Shown piece after piece: positions 1-9,833 of a DNA stretch of 64,000 nt. Within the stretch, counting starts at the first letter, position 1; every line of letters begins with the position of its first letter. Below the pieces are notes generated by a model. It saw only the letters and a program-made list of their open reading frames with translations, did no database searches and was not told the origin of the DNA. A program made the translations under genes and the position numbers. Source of the DNA: Candidatus Taenariivivens baikalensis (GTDB lineage Bacteria; Omnitrophota; Omnitrophia; Omnitrophales; Aquincolibacteriaceae); the NCBI GenBank assembly GCA_009691445.1, contig SICL01000001.1, positions 65,738 to 129,737 of the forward strand, read 5' to 3'.

Positions 1-234
1 CCACTGCCCTTCGCTAGGCTCCAGGCGGCTCCATTCAAGCGAGAAACGATGAGCATTATGACCCAGATCCGCAATCATCTGGATATCTTCCCGAAAACGC
101 TGAAAATGATCGCAGGCAATCCCCGAAGAGTCTTTGACTCGTCCTTCCTGCTCCCAAGCCCACCAATCGTTCTTGGTATTAGATCCTTCGACCTGATGAG
201 AACTCGTTGCCGCTCCCCATAAAAAACCCGGCAT
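1..234 (-). CDS. Glycoside hydrolase family 1 (beta-glucosidase-like), N-terminal part; runs off the window
   Basis: Not in ORF track. Manual translation from ATG 234: MPGFLWGAATSSHQVEGSNTKNDWWAWE...ACDHFQRFREDIQMIADLGHNAHRFSLEWSRLEP, the GH1 N-terminal signature. Confidence 0.92.
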   Translation of the reverse strand, partial: MPGFLWGAATSSHQVEGSNTKNDWWAWEQEGRVKDSSGIACDHFQRFREDIQMIADLGHNAHRFSLEWSRLEPSEGQW

Positions 235-242
235 AGAATAAA

Positions 243-902
243 TTATTCCGCGATTTTAATTCGCTTGGGTGGCCACCAGATAAAAAAAGCTCGGCCCACC
301 AAGTTTTTGGCTGGCACAAAGCCCCAATTCCGGCTGTCGGAAGATTGCGCAGAATTATCACCGAGGGCGAAATAGCTATTCAGAGGCACTTGAATAACTG
401 CCCCCTCTTTTGCGTATTGCCAATCGTTTCTATTGTAATAATAAAGGTTAGAGAAAGGCGGTTCGTCAAGAGGCGCCCCATTAATGTAAAGCTTCCCCTC
501 TTTGATCAGAAGCGCTTCTCCTGGAAGTCCTGCCAAGCGCTTCACATAATCCTTTTTTGGGTCAAGCGGATACTTAAACACAATAATATCGCCGCGATGC
601 GGAGGATGAAGACGGTAGGAGATTTTATCCACAAAGATTCGGTCCCCCTCCATGAAGGTGGGCCGCATCGAGGCCGTGGGAATTTTATAAGGCCCTAAAA
701 GAAATGTCCGGATTACCAACGCAAGAATTCCCGCAACCAAAAAGGGTTCAATCCAGTTTTTCCAGAGATCACAGCTGACAGCATTCAGCCAAACCTTTTT
801 ATTTTGAGAAAATAGTGCCCAGTTTACGATCAAGCGTTGTGCGAAATAAAGAATGATAAACGCCACCGCTCCCAAAGAGATTAAAATAGGCGTCCGATCC
901 AT
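243..902 (-). CDS. lepB: Signal peptidase I
   Basis: IPTASMRPT (Ser), YVKRL (Lys), GDNSAQSSDSRNWG; follows lepA; start set at ATG 902. Confidence 0.95.
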   Translation of the reverse strand: MDRTPILISLGAVAFIILYFAQRLIVNWALFSQNKKVWLNAVSCDLWKNWIEPFLVAGILALVIRTFLLGPYKIPTASMRPTFMEGDRIFVDKISYRLHPPHRGDIIVFKYPLDPKKDYVKRLAGLPGEALLIKEGKLYINGAPLDEPPFSNLYYYNRNDWQYAKEGAVIQVPLNSYFALGDNSAQSSDSRNWGFVPAKNLVGRAFFIWWPPKRIKIAE

Positions 903-903
903 C

Positions 904-2700
904 TCAATCCACCCGCAAGATCGCAATAAATGCTTCTTGTGGCAGCTCAACAGTACCAATTCTTTTCATTCTTTTTTTCCCTTCTTTTTGTTTCTCAAGA
1001 AGTTTTCTTTTACGGCTGATATCACCGCCATAGCATTTGCTTGTTACGTCTTTTTTCATGGCGCTGATGGATTCGCGCGCAATGATCTTGCTTCCAACAG
1101 CCGCCTGAATTGAGATTTCAAACATCTGCCGGTGAATTACTTCCTTGAGCTTTTCCGCCAGGTTTTTCCCTTTATGGTGAGCTTTTTCCTGACAAACAAT
1201 CGTGGATAGTGCATCGACGGGTTCGCCATTTACTAAAATATCAAGTCGAACTAATTTCCCCCGTTTATACGCAATAAAGTCATAATTAAACGATCCGTAA
1301 CCGGCCGTCATAGATTTAATTTTATCATGAAAATCCATCACAATTTCAGCAAAAGGGATTTCATAAACTAAAATGGCCCGAGTTGTCTCAATATACTCGG
1401 TGCTTTTATAAATCCCCCGTCGATCCTGACATAGCTGCATGACCGCCCCGACGCATGATGAGGGAATCATTAGATTTGCCTTAATATAAGGTTCTTCAAT
1501 GCGGTCAATCATGGTTACGGGTGGGAGTTTGGTAGGATTTTCCAACAAGGTCATTTCTCCCTTGGTCGTATAAACCCGATACACCACATTAGGGGCAGTG
1601 ATTAGTAGCTCGAGATTAAACTCCCTCTCCAGACGTTCTTTGGCGATTTCCATATGAAGGAGGCCCAAAAATCCGCATCGAAAACCATTTCCAAGCGATT
1701 CTGAAGTTTCTGGCTCAAAAACAAAGGAAGAGTCATTGAGCTGTAATTTTCCCAATGCCACCCGAAGTGGAACAAAATCGCTTGGGTTGAGAGGATAAAG
1801 CCCACAAAACACCATCGGCTTGGCTTCATGATAACCCTCGAGGGCCTCCGAAGCTGGATTTTGAGTCAACGTGATGGTGTCACCGATTTTTATATCCGAT
1901 ACCAGTTTGACATTAGCGGCCACATACCCTACTTCGCCCACGGCCATTTGAGGGACTTCCTCATCGTGAGGATTAAATGTTCCAATCTCCTCCGCGATAA
2001 AATGGCCACCCACTTGCATCATGAAAATCGAATCCCCCTTTTTTAAAACACCGTCAAAAACTCGGATATAAGCGATCACTCCTTTATAGGTGTCATACTT
2101 GGAATCAATAATCAGAGCCTTAAGAGGCTTCTCTAGCTTTCCGGCTGGCGGAGGAATCCTGTCTACGAGAGCCTTAAGAATTTCCTCCGTACCCTGGCCT
2201 GTTTTCGCGCTGCAATAAATAATTTCATCTTCAGATACACCCAGAAGATTGATAATCTCCTCTTTGACCTTCTCAGGATAAGCCGCGGGAAGATCAATCT
2301 TGGTAATGACGGGAATAATGACAAGATTTCGTTCCATCGCTAAGTAAAGATTGCTGACCGTCTGAGCCTGAATACCTTGCCCGGCATCCACAAGCAGTAG
2401 AACGCCTTCACAGGCGGCCAGGCTTTTTGAAACTTCATAGGTGAAATCTACGTGACCAGGGGTATCGATCAGATTGAGAATGTAGCCTTTATGCTTGATC
2501 CGCACAGCACGCGCCTTAATCGTAATGCCGCGTTCCCGTTCAATATCCATATCATCAAGAATCTGCTCGCGGAATTCACGTTGGTTGATCGCTCCTGTAT
2601 ACAGAAGAATTCTATCGGCCAGGGTAGATTTCCCATGATCAATGTGAGCAACAATCGAAAAATTACGAATTAATTTAGGGTCTATCATAGGAAAGTTCAA
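904..2700 (-). CDS. lepA: Elongation factor 4
   Basis: RNFSIVAHIDHGKSTLADR, DTPGHVDF, KCYGGDISRKRKLLEKQKEGKKRMK. Confidence 0.99.
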   Translation of the reverse strand: MNFPMIDPKLIRNFSIVAHIDHGKSTLADRILLYTGAINQREFREQILDDMDIERERGITIKARAVRIKHKGYILNLIDTPGHVDFTYEVSKSLAACEGVLLLVDAGQGIQAQTVSNLYLAMERNLVIIPVITKIDLPAAYPEKVKEEIINLLGVSEDEIIYCSAKTGQGTEEILKALVDRIPPPAGKLEKPLKALIIDSKYDTYKGVIAYIRVFDGVLKKGDSIFMMQVGGHFIAEEIGTFNPHDEEVPQMAVGEVGYVAANVKLVSDIKIGDTITLTQNPASEALEGYHEAKPMVFCGLYPLNPSDFVPLRVALGKLQLNDSSFVFEPETSESLGNGFRCGFLGLLHMEIAKERLEREFNLELLITAPNVVYRVYTTKGEMTLLENPTKLPPVTMIDRIEEPYIKANLMIPSSCVGAVMQLCQDRRGIYKSTEYIETTRAILVYEIPFAEIVMDFHDKIKSMTAGYGSFNYDFIAYKRGKLVRLDILVNGEPVDALSTIVCQEKAHHKGKNLAEKLKEVIHRQMFEISIQAAVGSKIIARESISAMKKDVTSKCYGGDISRKRKLLEKQKEGKKRMKRIGTVELPQEAFIAILRVD

Positions 2701-3347
2701 ACCGAACGCTTGGCTCCGAGAAGGCTATGAACAGCCAGCTTGCGGTCCTTTTGGCCGAAAATAGCAGTGCCAGCAACTAGCACATCGGCTCCCGCATCGA
2801 CACAAATCGCAGCCGTTTGGGCCGTAATGCCTCCATCCACGGAAATATGGCCTTTGAACTTACTTCGCAGGAATTTTACTTTATTCACCATCTCAGGCAT
2901 AAAAGATTGTCCTCCAAAACCTGGCTCAACGGTCATCACAAGAATTAAATCAACTTCGGATAAAAACGGCTCCAACAGCTTCACGGGAGTATTAGGGCGC
3001 AAAGAAAGTCCTACCTTTGCTTTAAGATTTCGTATCTTGTTGATCGTTGCCTGAACATCGTCAGCCGCTTCTACGTGAAACGTGATCATGTCCGCACCCG
3101 CACTCCGGTAATCCTCTACCCACCGAATTGGATTTTCAATCATCAAGTGAGCGTCAAGCGGCAGCTGAGTCGACTTTCGGATCCACTTAATCACCGGTGG
3201 TCCCATCGTAAGATTTGGGACAAAGTGGGCATCCATGATATCTAAATGAACCCAGTCGCATCCTGCAGACTCAATATCACGAATCTCTTCAGCAAGACGG
3301 CCAAAGTCAGCTGAAAGAATACTGGGAGAAATATAAATATGGCTCAT
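2697..3347 (-). CDS. rpe: Ribulose-phosphate 3-epimerase
   Basis: SPSILSADF, HLDIMDAHFVPN, MTVEPGFGGQ, VDGGI. Confidence 0.98.
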   Translation of the reverse strand: MSHIYISPSILSADFGRLAEEIRDIESAGCDWVHLDIMDAHFVPNLTMGPPVIKWIRKSTQLPLDAHLMIENPIRWVEDYRSAGADMITFHVEAADDVQATINKIRNLKAKVGLSLRPNTPVKLLEPFLSEVDLILVMTVEPGFGGQSFMPEMVNKVKFLRSKFKGHISVDGGITAQTAAICVDAGADVLVAGTAIFGQKDRKLAVHSLLGAKRSV

Positions 3348-3355
3348 GTTATTTC

Positions 3356-4654
3356 TTAATTTAGAGAAAAAATTTTCTGGATAGCGGCCCGGTCTTTTTC
3401 AGGCTCCGGACCCATCAGTGCTAAGTTGAGATTTTTACTTACAAACAAACGTTCGGCAACTTGTCTCACATCACTCTCCGTAACTTGCTGAATGGCCGCA
3501 TCGATTTTCCTAAGATCCGGCAGAAGATTTCCATCAATGACACGTTCTCCTACCCAGAGGAGATGATCCAGTGTATCTTCTAAAGCCATGCGAAGCTGAC
3601 TTTGAAAATATTCTTTGGCGCGGCGAAGTTCCGAAGACGTCACACCGCGGGTTCGAATCTTTTTTAACTCCAAGAGAATGACTTCAATCGTTTTTTGAGC
3701 CTTGGTGTTTTCCACTCCGGCCGAGATGGCCATATATCCGGCATCCTGATAAAAACCGGTCCCGGACCGAATTTCATAGGCCAAACCACGTTTCTCTCTC
3801 ACGACCTCAAACAGGCGACTCGACATATTCGCACCCAGTATAACATTGAGCAAAGCCAATTTATAGCGGTCTGGATGAAACCGCGAAAAAGTATGAATCC
3901 CCATTACAAAATGCGTTTGTTCAATCTTTTTCGTCATCAACGATATTTCCGGACTTTTTTGGTTCCTGGAAGCTTTTAAATAATTCCTGGTTTTTCCCGG
4001 CTGGCGGGTCAAAAACATATTCTGAACCCAGCTCACGATCTTGTCATGGTCGACGGAACCTGCCACAGATACAAGAATATTTTGATCATAATAATGTTCT
4101 GTTTTATAACGCAGCATATCATTACGTGTAATTCGAGAAACGCTTTCATAGGTGCCTGAAATTGGGCGCCCAAGAGGATGACCCGGCCATAACATGCGAA
4201 TGATTTCTTCATGAACTCCGTGGGATGGAAGATCCTGATACATTTTAATTTCTTCAAGAATGACCTTTCTCTCCTTTTCCATATCCTTGCGGGTAAGCTT
4301 GGCATGAATCACCATATCGGACAAAACCTCCAAACCCGTTTTTAAATGTCCCAAAAGCATTTTTGTAAAATAACAGGTGCTCTCTTCGCCCGTAAAGGCG
4401 TTGAGCATTCCACCAACCCCCTCAATATCCAATCGGATCTGACGGCTGGACCGTTTAGGGGTTCCCTTAAAAAGCATATGTTCAAGAAAATGAGAAACAC
4501 CCGAAATAGATTCATCTTCGTACCGGCTGCCGGCCCCGACCCAAATCGCGACCCCAACCGACTCAAAGTTTTTCATAGGGACCGTAAGAACGCGAACCCC
4601 GGATTGGATCGTCGTTATCTGATAAGGAATCGAGGTAATAGGTTTATGCATCAT
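3356..4654 (-). CDS. M16 (pitrilysin-family) zinc peptidase
   Basis: Inverted zinc motif HFLEH, SSRLFEVVREKRGLAY; probable start ATG 4654. Confidence 0.93.
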   Translation of the reverse strand: MMHKPITSIPYQITTIQSGVRVLTVPMKNFESVGVAIWVGAGSRYEDESISGVSHFLEHMLFKGTPKRSSRQIRLDIEGVGGMLNAFTGEESTCYFTKMLLGHLKTGLEVLSDMVIHAKLTRKDMEKERKVILEEIKMYQDLPSHGVHEEIIRMLWPGHPLGRPISGTYESVSRITRNDMLRYKTEHYYDQNILVSVAGSVDHDKIVSWVQNMFLTRQPGKTRNYLKASRNQKSPEISLMTKKIEQTHFVMGIHTFSRFHPDRYKLALLNVILGANMSSRLFEVVREKRGLAYEIRSGTGFYQDAGYMAISAGVENTKAQKTIEVILLELKKIRTRGVTSSELRRAKEYFQSQLRMALEDTLDHLLWVGERVIDGNLLPDLRKIDAAIQQVTESDVRQVAERLFVSKNLNLALMGPEPEKDRAAIQKIFSLN

Positions 4655-5084
4655 GATGGAAATCCTTTTGTGCGCGATTAAAATCGATATAGGATTGAAG
4701 CATGCGCTGGGCGGCAATCTGATCGATCACTTCTTTTCGACGAGCCCGGGAAAGATCCGCCTCCAAAAGAATGCGCTCTGCTTCCTGTGTCGTTAGGCGT
4801 TCATCCCACAAAACCCACTCCAGGGACGAATGCGACCGAAACCACTCGACATGTTCTTGAACTTTTTGAGCCGCTTCTTTAATTTCCCCACGGAGTGTAA
4901 TCGGAAATCCCACAACAATTTTTGTAACTCCATATTCCTGAACGACCTGCTGTATTTCCCTAAGAAGCTGTCGTCGCCCCTGAACGAAAATAGTCTTCAA
5001 CGGCGTGGCGATCGTTATGGTTTCATCACTCACGGAAACCCCGGCCCGTTTTTCACCTAAATCAATTCCGAGAAGACACGGCAC
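4644..5084 (-). CDS. ruvX: YqgF/RuvX pre-16S rRNA nuclease
   Basis: LGIDLGEKRAGVSVSD, WDERLTT, IDQIAAQRMLQSY; GTG at 5084 preceded by AAGGAG. Confidence 0.93.
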   Translation of the reverse strand: MPCLLGIDLGEKRAGVSVSDETITIATPLKTIFVQGRRQLLREIQQVVQEYGVTKIVVGFPITLRGEIKEAAQKVQEHVEWFRSHSSLEWVLWDERLTTQEAERILLEADLSRARRKEVIDQIAAQRMLQSYIDFNRAQKDFHHDA

Positions 5085-5883
5085 GTGTGCGCTCCTTAAC
5101 GGCTCGAAGCATTTTTTCCACAAAGAGGATGGCCGGAGCAATCTGATGATTACTCGAACGGATCGCATCAATAATAGCACTCCCAACAATCACACCCTGC
5201 GCAAGCCGTGACAGGGCTCTTCCCTGTTCTGGCGACGAAATCCCAAAACCGATTAACAGCGGCTGCTTAATTACTTTTTGCACTTTGTTAAATTCCCTGC
5301 TGAGATTCGATGCAGATACTTGGCGGGCTCCCGTCACCCCCCGTAGAGAAACATAGTAGACAAATCCTGATGACGACCGAGCGATTTGTGAAGCCCGCTC
5401 CGGTCGTGTCGTGGGTGCGACAAGAAAAACCTGCGAAATTTCATGTCGACGACATTCTTTTTGAAGGTTTTTCTCTTCTTCTGGTGGTAAGTCAGGAATG
5501 ATCAGTCCATCAAATCCGCTTTGGCGGGCCTTTTGGGGAAAGGCCTTAATCCCAAAATGATAAATAGGATTAAGGTAACTGAAACAAAGGATCGGGATCT
5601 TACATCCCCTGAGGCGCAGATTAGAAACCAGGTGAAAGGCATCTAGCAACGAGACACCTTGACGCAAAGCAAATTCGGAAGAAAACTGAATCGTGGGCCC
5701 GTCCGCCAGGGGATCCGAAAACGGTATTCCAAGTTCAATGATATCCACGCCAAGTTTTTCGAATTCGAGAATAAGCTGCTCCGTTGATTTTAAATCCGGA
5801 TATCCAAGAGTGATAAAAGCGCAAAAGAGTTTCCCCTTTTCCTTTTGCACGTCACGGATTTTTTGAAGCAATCGATTTTTCAT
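5062..5883 (-). CDS. trpA: Tryptophan synthase alpha chain
   Basis: IELGIPFSDPLADGPTIQ, GVTGAR, GVIVGSA. Confidence 0.98.
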   Translation of the reverse strand: MKNRLLQKIRDVQKEKGKLFCAFITLGYPDLKSTEQLILEFEKLGVDIIELGIPFSDPLADGPTIQFSSEFALRQGVSLLDAFHLVSNLRLRGCKIPILCFSYLNPIYHFGIKAFPQKARQSGFDGLIIPDLPPEEEKNLQKECRRHEISQVFLVAPTTRPERASQIARSSSGFVYYVSLRGVTGARQVSASNLSREFNKVQKVIKQPLLIGFGISSPEQGRALSRLAQGVIVGSAIIDAIRSSNHQIAPAILFVEKMLRAVKERTRAVSSRN

Positions 5884-5887
5884 TAAT

Positions 5888-7075
5888 TTACAGGAAATGT
5901 TTTCGAATAGTTTCGATATCTTTATCGCCGCGCCCGGATAGACAAATCAGGACCCTTTGACCTTTTTGGGTCTTCGGCATCAAACGTGGAAGGAAACCGA
6001 TCGCATGTGAAGGCTCTAGGGCCGGCATAATGCCTTCCATCTCAGTCAGCATACGGAACCCTTCCAGCGCCTCTTTATCCGTGGCAGTTTCATATCGAAC
6101 TCGCCCCGTATCCTTCAAATGGGAATGCTCTGGCCCTACAGATGGATAATCCAATCCCGCTGATATCGAATGGGCAAGCTGAACTTGTCCATTTTTATCC
6201 TGCAATAGATAGCTTTTCATGCCATGTAAAATCCCCGGAGACCCCATCGTCATGGCCGCTGCATGATGAAGCGTGTGAATGCCCTCACCCGATGCCTCCA
6301 CCCCGACCATCTGAACCTTGCGATCTTTCAGAAAGGGATGAAAAAAACCGATGGCATTACTCCCGCCTCCCACACAAGCCAGTAGATAATCCGGAAGATG
6401 TTTGAGGCTTTTTTGAAAATATTGTCGCGCTTCTATTCCGATAACGGACTGAAAATTACGAACCATCACAGGATAGGGATGAGGGCCCACCACAGATCCA
6501 ATGAGGTAATGGGTTGTTTCTACATTCGTAACCCAATCACGAATGGCTTCGTTCGTCGCATCTTTAAGTGTCTTGGAACCTGAATTCACCGGACGCACTT
6601 CGGCTCCGAGAAGTTTCATTTTATAAACATTCAAAGATTGGCGTTCGATATCCTCTGCTCCCATATAAACAACACATTGAAGACGAAGAACACTTGCAAT
6701 GGTTGCACTGGCAACCCCGTGCTGACCCGCGCCGGTTTCAGCCACAATCCGTTTTTTACCTAAACGCTTCGCGAGCAATCCCTGCGCAATGGCATTGTTA
6801 ATTTTGTGCGCTCCGGTATGGCACAAATCTTCCCGTTTAAGGAAAATTCGTGCGCGTCCAAAATGTTCCGTAAGATTCTTTGCTTCGTAAACCGGCGTGG
6901 GTCGGCCCGCATAGTGAGTTAAATAATATTTCAATTCTTCCTGGAATTTTTTTTCTTTTCTTATGAGACGGTAGGCACGATCGAGATCCTCAAGTGCCGC
7001 AAATAAAGTCTCAGGGACATAGCGTCCTCCGTAAATTCCAAAATGCCCGAGATGATCTGGGAGTGTTTTATTCAT
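5888..7075 (-). CDS. trpB: Tryptophan synthase beta chain
   Basis: KREDLCHTGAHKINN, AETGAGQHG, CVGGGSNAIG, LSGRGDKD. Confidence 0.99.
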   Translation of the reverse strand: MNKTLPDHLGHFGIYGGRYVPETLFAALEDLDRAYRLIRKEKKFQEELKYYLTHYAGRPTPVYEAKNLTEHFGRARIFLKREDLCHTGAHKINNAIAQGLLAKRLGKKRIVAETGAGQHGVASATIASVLRLQCVVYMGAEDIERQSLNVYKMKLLGAEVRPVNSGSKTLKDATNEAIRDWVTNVETTHYLIGSVVGPHPYPVMVRNFQSVIGIEARQYFQKSLKHLPDYLLACVGGGSNAIGFFHPFLKDRKVQMVGVEASGEGIHTLHHAAAMTMGSPGILHGMKSYLLQDKNGQVQLAHSISAGLDYPSVGPEHSHLKDTGRVRYETATDKEALEGFRMLTEMEGIMPALEPSHAIGFLPRLMPKTQKGQRVLICLSGRGDKDIETIRKHFL

Positions 7076-7078
7076 AAA

Positions 7079-7846
7079 TTATTTCATTTTGGGGCGGACC
7101 CCCGAGATTTGATTATTCGCCATCCAGCCGCCTTCGCCATTCGTCAGCCACACACGACTCCAGCTGTCCCGGTGATCAATGACATAAACTTTAAGTCCCT
7201 CGCCCAATCGCAGTGCTACCAAATCCGAATCTGAGGGGCCATAATGGATTTCCGCATCTTTCACAGTAACAATGGCTTCACGAATCACGTGCGTCTGAAT
7301 ATGTTTAGCGCCATAAAGAGCGCCGGAGAAAATGGCCATCGACAGTAAAGATTGGATTATCCATCCCCACTCAAGACCGCGGCGAAAAAATAAGGTAAGA
7401 ATCCAACTGGCCATGAAAAGCCCGTAAAGAAATAAGAAGCCAAGCAAGACCTCATTCACCGTAAAATAGCCAAGAAGTTTTTCACCGAACTGGATATACC
7501 AGTTCCTTTTATCTTTGATCCGGTATTCCAAAAGCCCACGAACATGAGCTAGGTTATGACGGGTATCCCGGTCTCGGGGGTTAAGAAATTTAGCTTGTTC
7601 ATAGGCGAGAATAGACGCCCCCATTTTTCCGGAACGGAAACAGGCATTTCCCAAATTAAAATATATTTCTCCTTGAGCCGGGTAATGGTCGGCAAGCTTT
7701 TCGTACAAAACGATGGCTTCAGAGAATTTTCCAGCCCGATATAATCCGTTTGCATTTTGGAAATCTTCGCTGAAAGATCCTGCCAAAGCCAGCCCGCATC
7801 CAGTTCCCGCCATCAATAAAAAAATAACAAAAGTTCTTATCTTCAT
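7079..7846 (-). CDS. BatE-like protein (TPR, two TM helices, C-terminal SH3b-like domain)
   Basis: Signal peptide, TPR (YFNLGNACFR...AILAYEQA...NPRDRDTRHNL), hydrophobic pair, SH3-like GEGGWM; coupled to BatD-like gene. Confidence 0.8.
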   Translation of the reverse strand: MKIRTFVIFLLMAGTGCGLALAGSFSEDFQNANGLYRAGKFSEAIVLYEKLADHYPAQGEIYFNLGNACFRSGKMGASILAYEQAKFLNPRDRDTRHNLAHVRGLLEYRIKDKRNWYIQFGEKLLGYFTVNEVLLGFLFLYGLFMASWILTLFFRRGLEWGWIIQSLLSMAIFSGALYGAKHIQTHVIREAIVTVKDAEIHYGPSDSDLVALRLGEGLKVYVIDHRDSWSRVWLTNGEGGWMANNQISGVRPKMK

Positions 7847-9807
7847 CGGATTTTCTCCAAACGATAAATCGCTTCCTTAAGAATCAGCTGCGCTTTATTT
7901 CTTTCTTCCTGGCTCACGGCTGCCTTCGCAAATCGGGAAATATCGCACCAGGAATAGAGGCTCATCAACTCTTGATAAAACGGGTCCTGGGGTCCCAGAA
8001 TTTCTTCGAGCTTCTTCTCAAGATCCATCCGGGTAATACCGAGCGTTGATAAATTGAATTTATCCGTCAAATATTGCGTGAGGATTTTTTCAATCTCATC
8101 AAAATAAAGACCCTCATTTCCGTGATCCCCACGGTGCATCATCGAAATTAATTTTTTAAGTCTTTTTTCGGCCCGCGACTTTGCTTGCGTCCTGCGCTTT
8201 AACGCAACATTCCTGGAAAAAATCTCAGTACGCTTTTGCGTTAAATAGTTCAAGAGGAGAAAGATCGTCAGCCCAATATCTATCACCCCGAGAACTGCTA
8301 ACATAAGGGTCGTCCTTTCGGGAGAACCGGTTTTTGAAATTTTTTCCTGAATATATCGGATATCCCGCTTCTCAACCTCGACATCTTTTTTTAGGTTTTC
8401 ATTTTGACCCAGCTGGGCGGGCAGAGTAAATATTTGATCCGATTTCTCTACATTGAGAGTGGTTTCTTGTGTGCGAAGCGTAGCATATTGTTGGATTGAT
8501 GGATTAAAATAACTGAATTCAAGGGATGGAATCACCATGCGTCCAGCTTTGGTAGGAATAAACACAATTTCAAAGGTTTTCCTGCCGCCAATCTGGTCAC
8601 CCGTGCGAAAAAGTTGATGCTTGGCGTCTGCATCATAAGTCCGAAATCCTTCCAAGTTTGGGATTGGCGGTTTATTCAAGGTTTCAATATTACCTTCGCC
8701 CTCGATGACAAGCGTCATAGTAACCGGCTCATCCTGCTTAAGCGTCGTCTTATCCACCGAGGAGGAAAGGCGGAAATTTCCCACTGCCCCCACAAAACTT
8801 TTTGGTTTATTTTGTTCCGGAAAGGGTTTAATCTGAAGTCGGATAGGAGGAGGCTTTAATATCAAATCTTCTCGCCGTGCAAAAAAGTTCCCTCCGCTAA
8901 AAAAGCTATCGTCGAAAAATTCATCAAAAACACTGTTGCGCTGGGGATCTCGCCGAATGGAGGCCTTAAGTGTACCGGGTTTAATGGTATAGTCGGCGGG
9001 CGATGTAGGAAAAAGCGCATACTTTTTCACATCCGCCTTGATATAACGCTTGCCATTCACAAAGACATTTTCCTTGGGAACATTTTGGTCCATCGGAAAT
9101 TCCTCAATCCAGAATCCACTGACCTCGGGTTCCTCCTGAAAGCCTTCATAGCGTGTGTCGTAACGGGTGTAAAGCGAGTAAGTCAAAAGGATTTGTTCAT
9201 TCGGGTAGGCCAAAGTTTTATTCACCTTCGCTATGGCATAAATATTATCATCTTCCGGACGTACGCTGGGACCCGGCTCGCTCTGAGGCGGTGCTTGATT
9301 TTGAGTTGCCGGCGCTTGTGTCACCGGCGGATATAAGGGGGCTCGTTGAGAGTTTAATACTTGCTGCGGAGGCCGCCAAGACGAACTGTTTGGAGGATTC
9401 TGGGATTGGGACGGAGCCTGAGCTCCTGGCAAAATCTCCACATTGATTGGCTCAGTACGAAAGTTTTGTCCTCCGGCTTGAATATCAATCGGGTGTATCA
9501 AAAAAGTTCCGGTTTTTTGGGGAACTAAAACATAATTGAATTCAACGCTTGAACTCGACGTGCCATTGATAAAAGTTAGATGTGATGCGCGCCCTGTGTA
9601 AAAAATATCAAAACCGTCAATGCCTTGCACGCGAGGCGCCTGAACATTCCCCTGAAAATCCAAAACCCGAATGGTTAAATGAATTTCCTCTTGGACTCGA
9701 GCCGTGGTCTTATCCAGATCCGCTGCAACGCGTGCTGCCATTGCCATCGAATTGGAATTTAGAAGAGTCCAAGCAATAATTAGAATGAGGAAAAATGGCT
9801 TTTTCAT
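7843..9807 (-). CDS. BatD family protein
   Basis: Signal peptide, repeated Ig-like domains, PKSFVGAVGNF, IEGEGNI, C-terminal TM; Pro/Gln-rich linker. Confidence 0.85.
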   Translation of the reverse strand: MKKPFFLILIIAWTLLNSNSMAMAARVAADLDKTTARVQEEIHLTIRVLDFQGNVQAPRVQGIDGFDIFYTGRASHLTFINGTSSSSVEFNYVLVPQKTGTFLIHPIDIQAGGQNFRTEPINVEILPGAQAPSQSQNPPNSSSWRPPQQVLNSQRAPLYPPVTQAPATQNQAPPQSEPGPSVRPEDDNIYAIAKVNKTLAYPNEQILLTYSLYTRYDTRYEGFQEEPEVSGFWIEEFPMDQNVPKENVFVNGKRYIKADVKKYALFPTSPADYTIKPGTLKASIRRDPQRNSVFDEFFDDSFFSGGNFFARREDLILKPPPIRLQIKPFPEQNKPKSFVGAVGNFRLSSSVDKTTLKQDEPVTMTLVIEGEGNIETLNKPPIPNLEGFRTYDADAKHQLFRTGDQIGGRKTFEIVFIPTKAGRMVIPSLEFSYFNPSIQQYATLRTQETTLNVEKSDQIFTLPAQLGQNENLKKDVEVEKRDIRYIQEKISKTGSPERTTLMLAVLGVIDIGLTIFLLLNYLTQKRTEIFSRNVALKRRTQAKSRAEKRLKKLISMMHRGDHGNEGLYFDEIEKILTQYLTDKFNLSTLGITRMDLEKKLEEILGPQDPFYQELMSLYSWCDISRFAKAAVSQEERNKAQLILKEAIYRLEKIR

Positions 9808-9833
9808 GAATTGATCCCAATATTATCTGGTTA

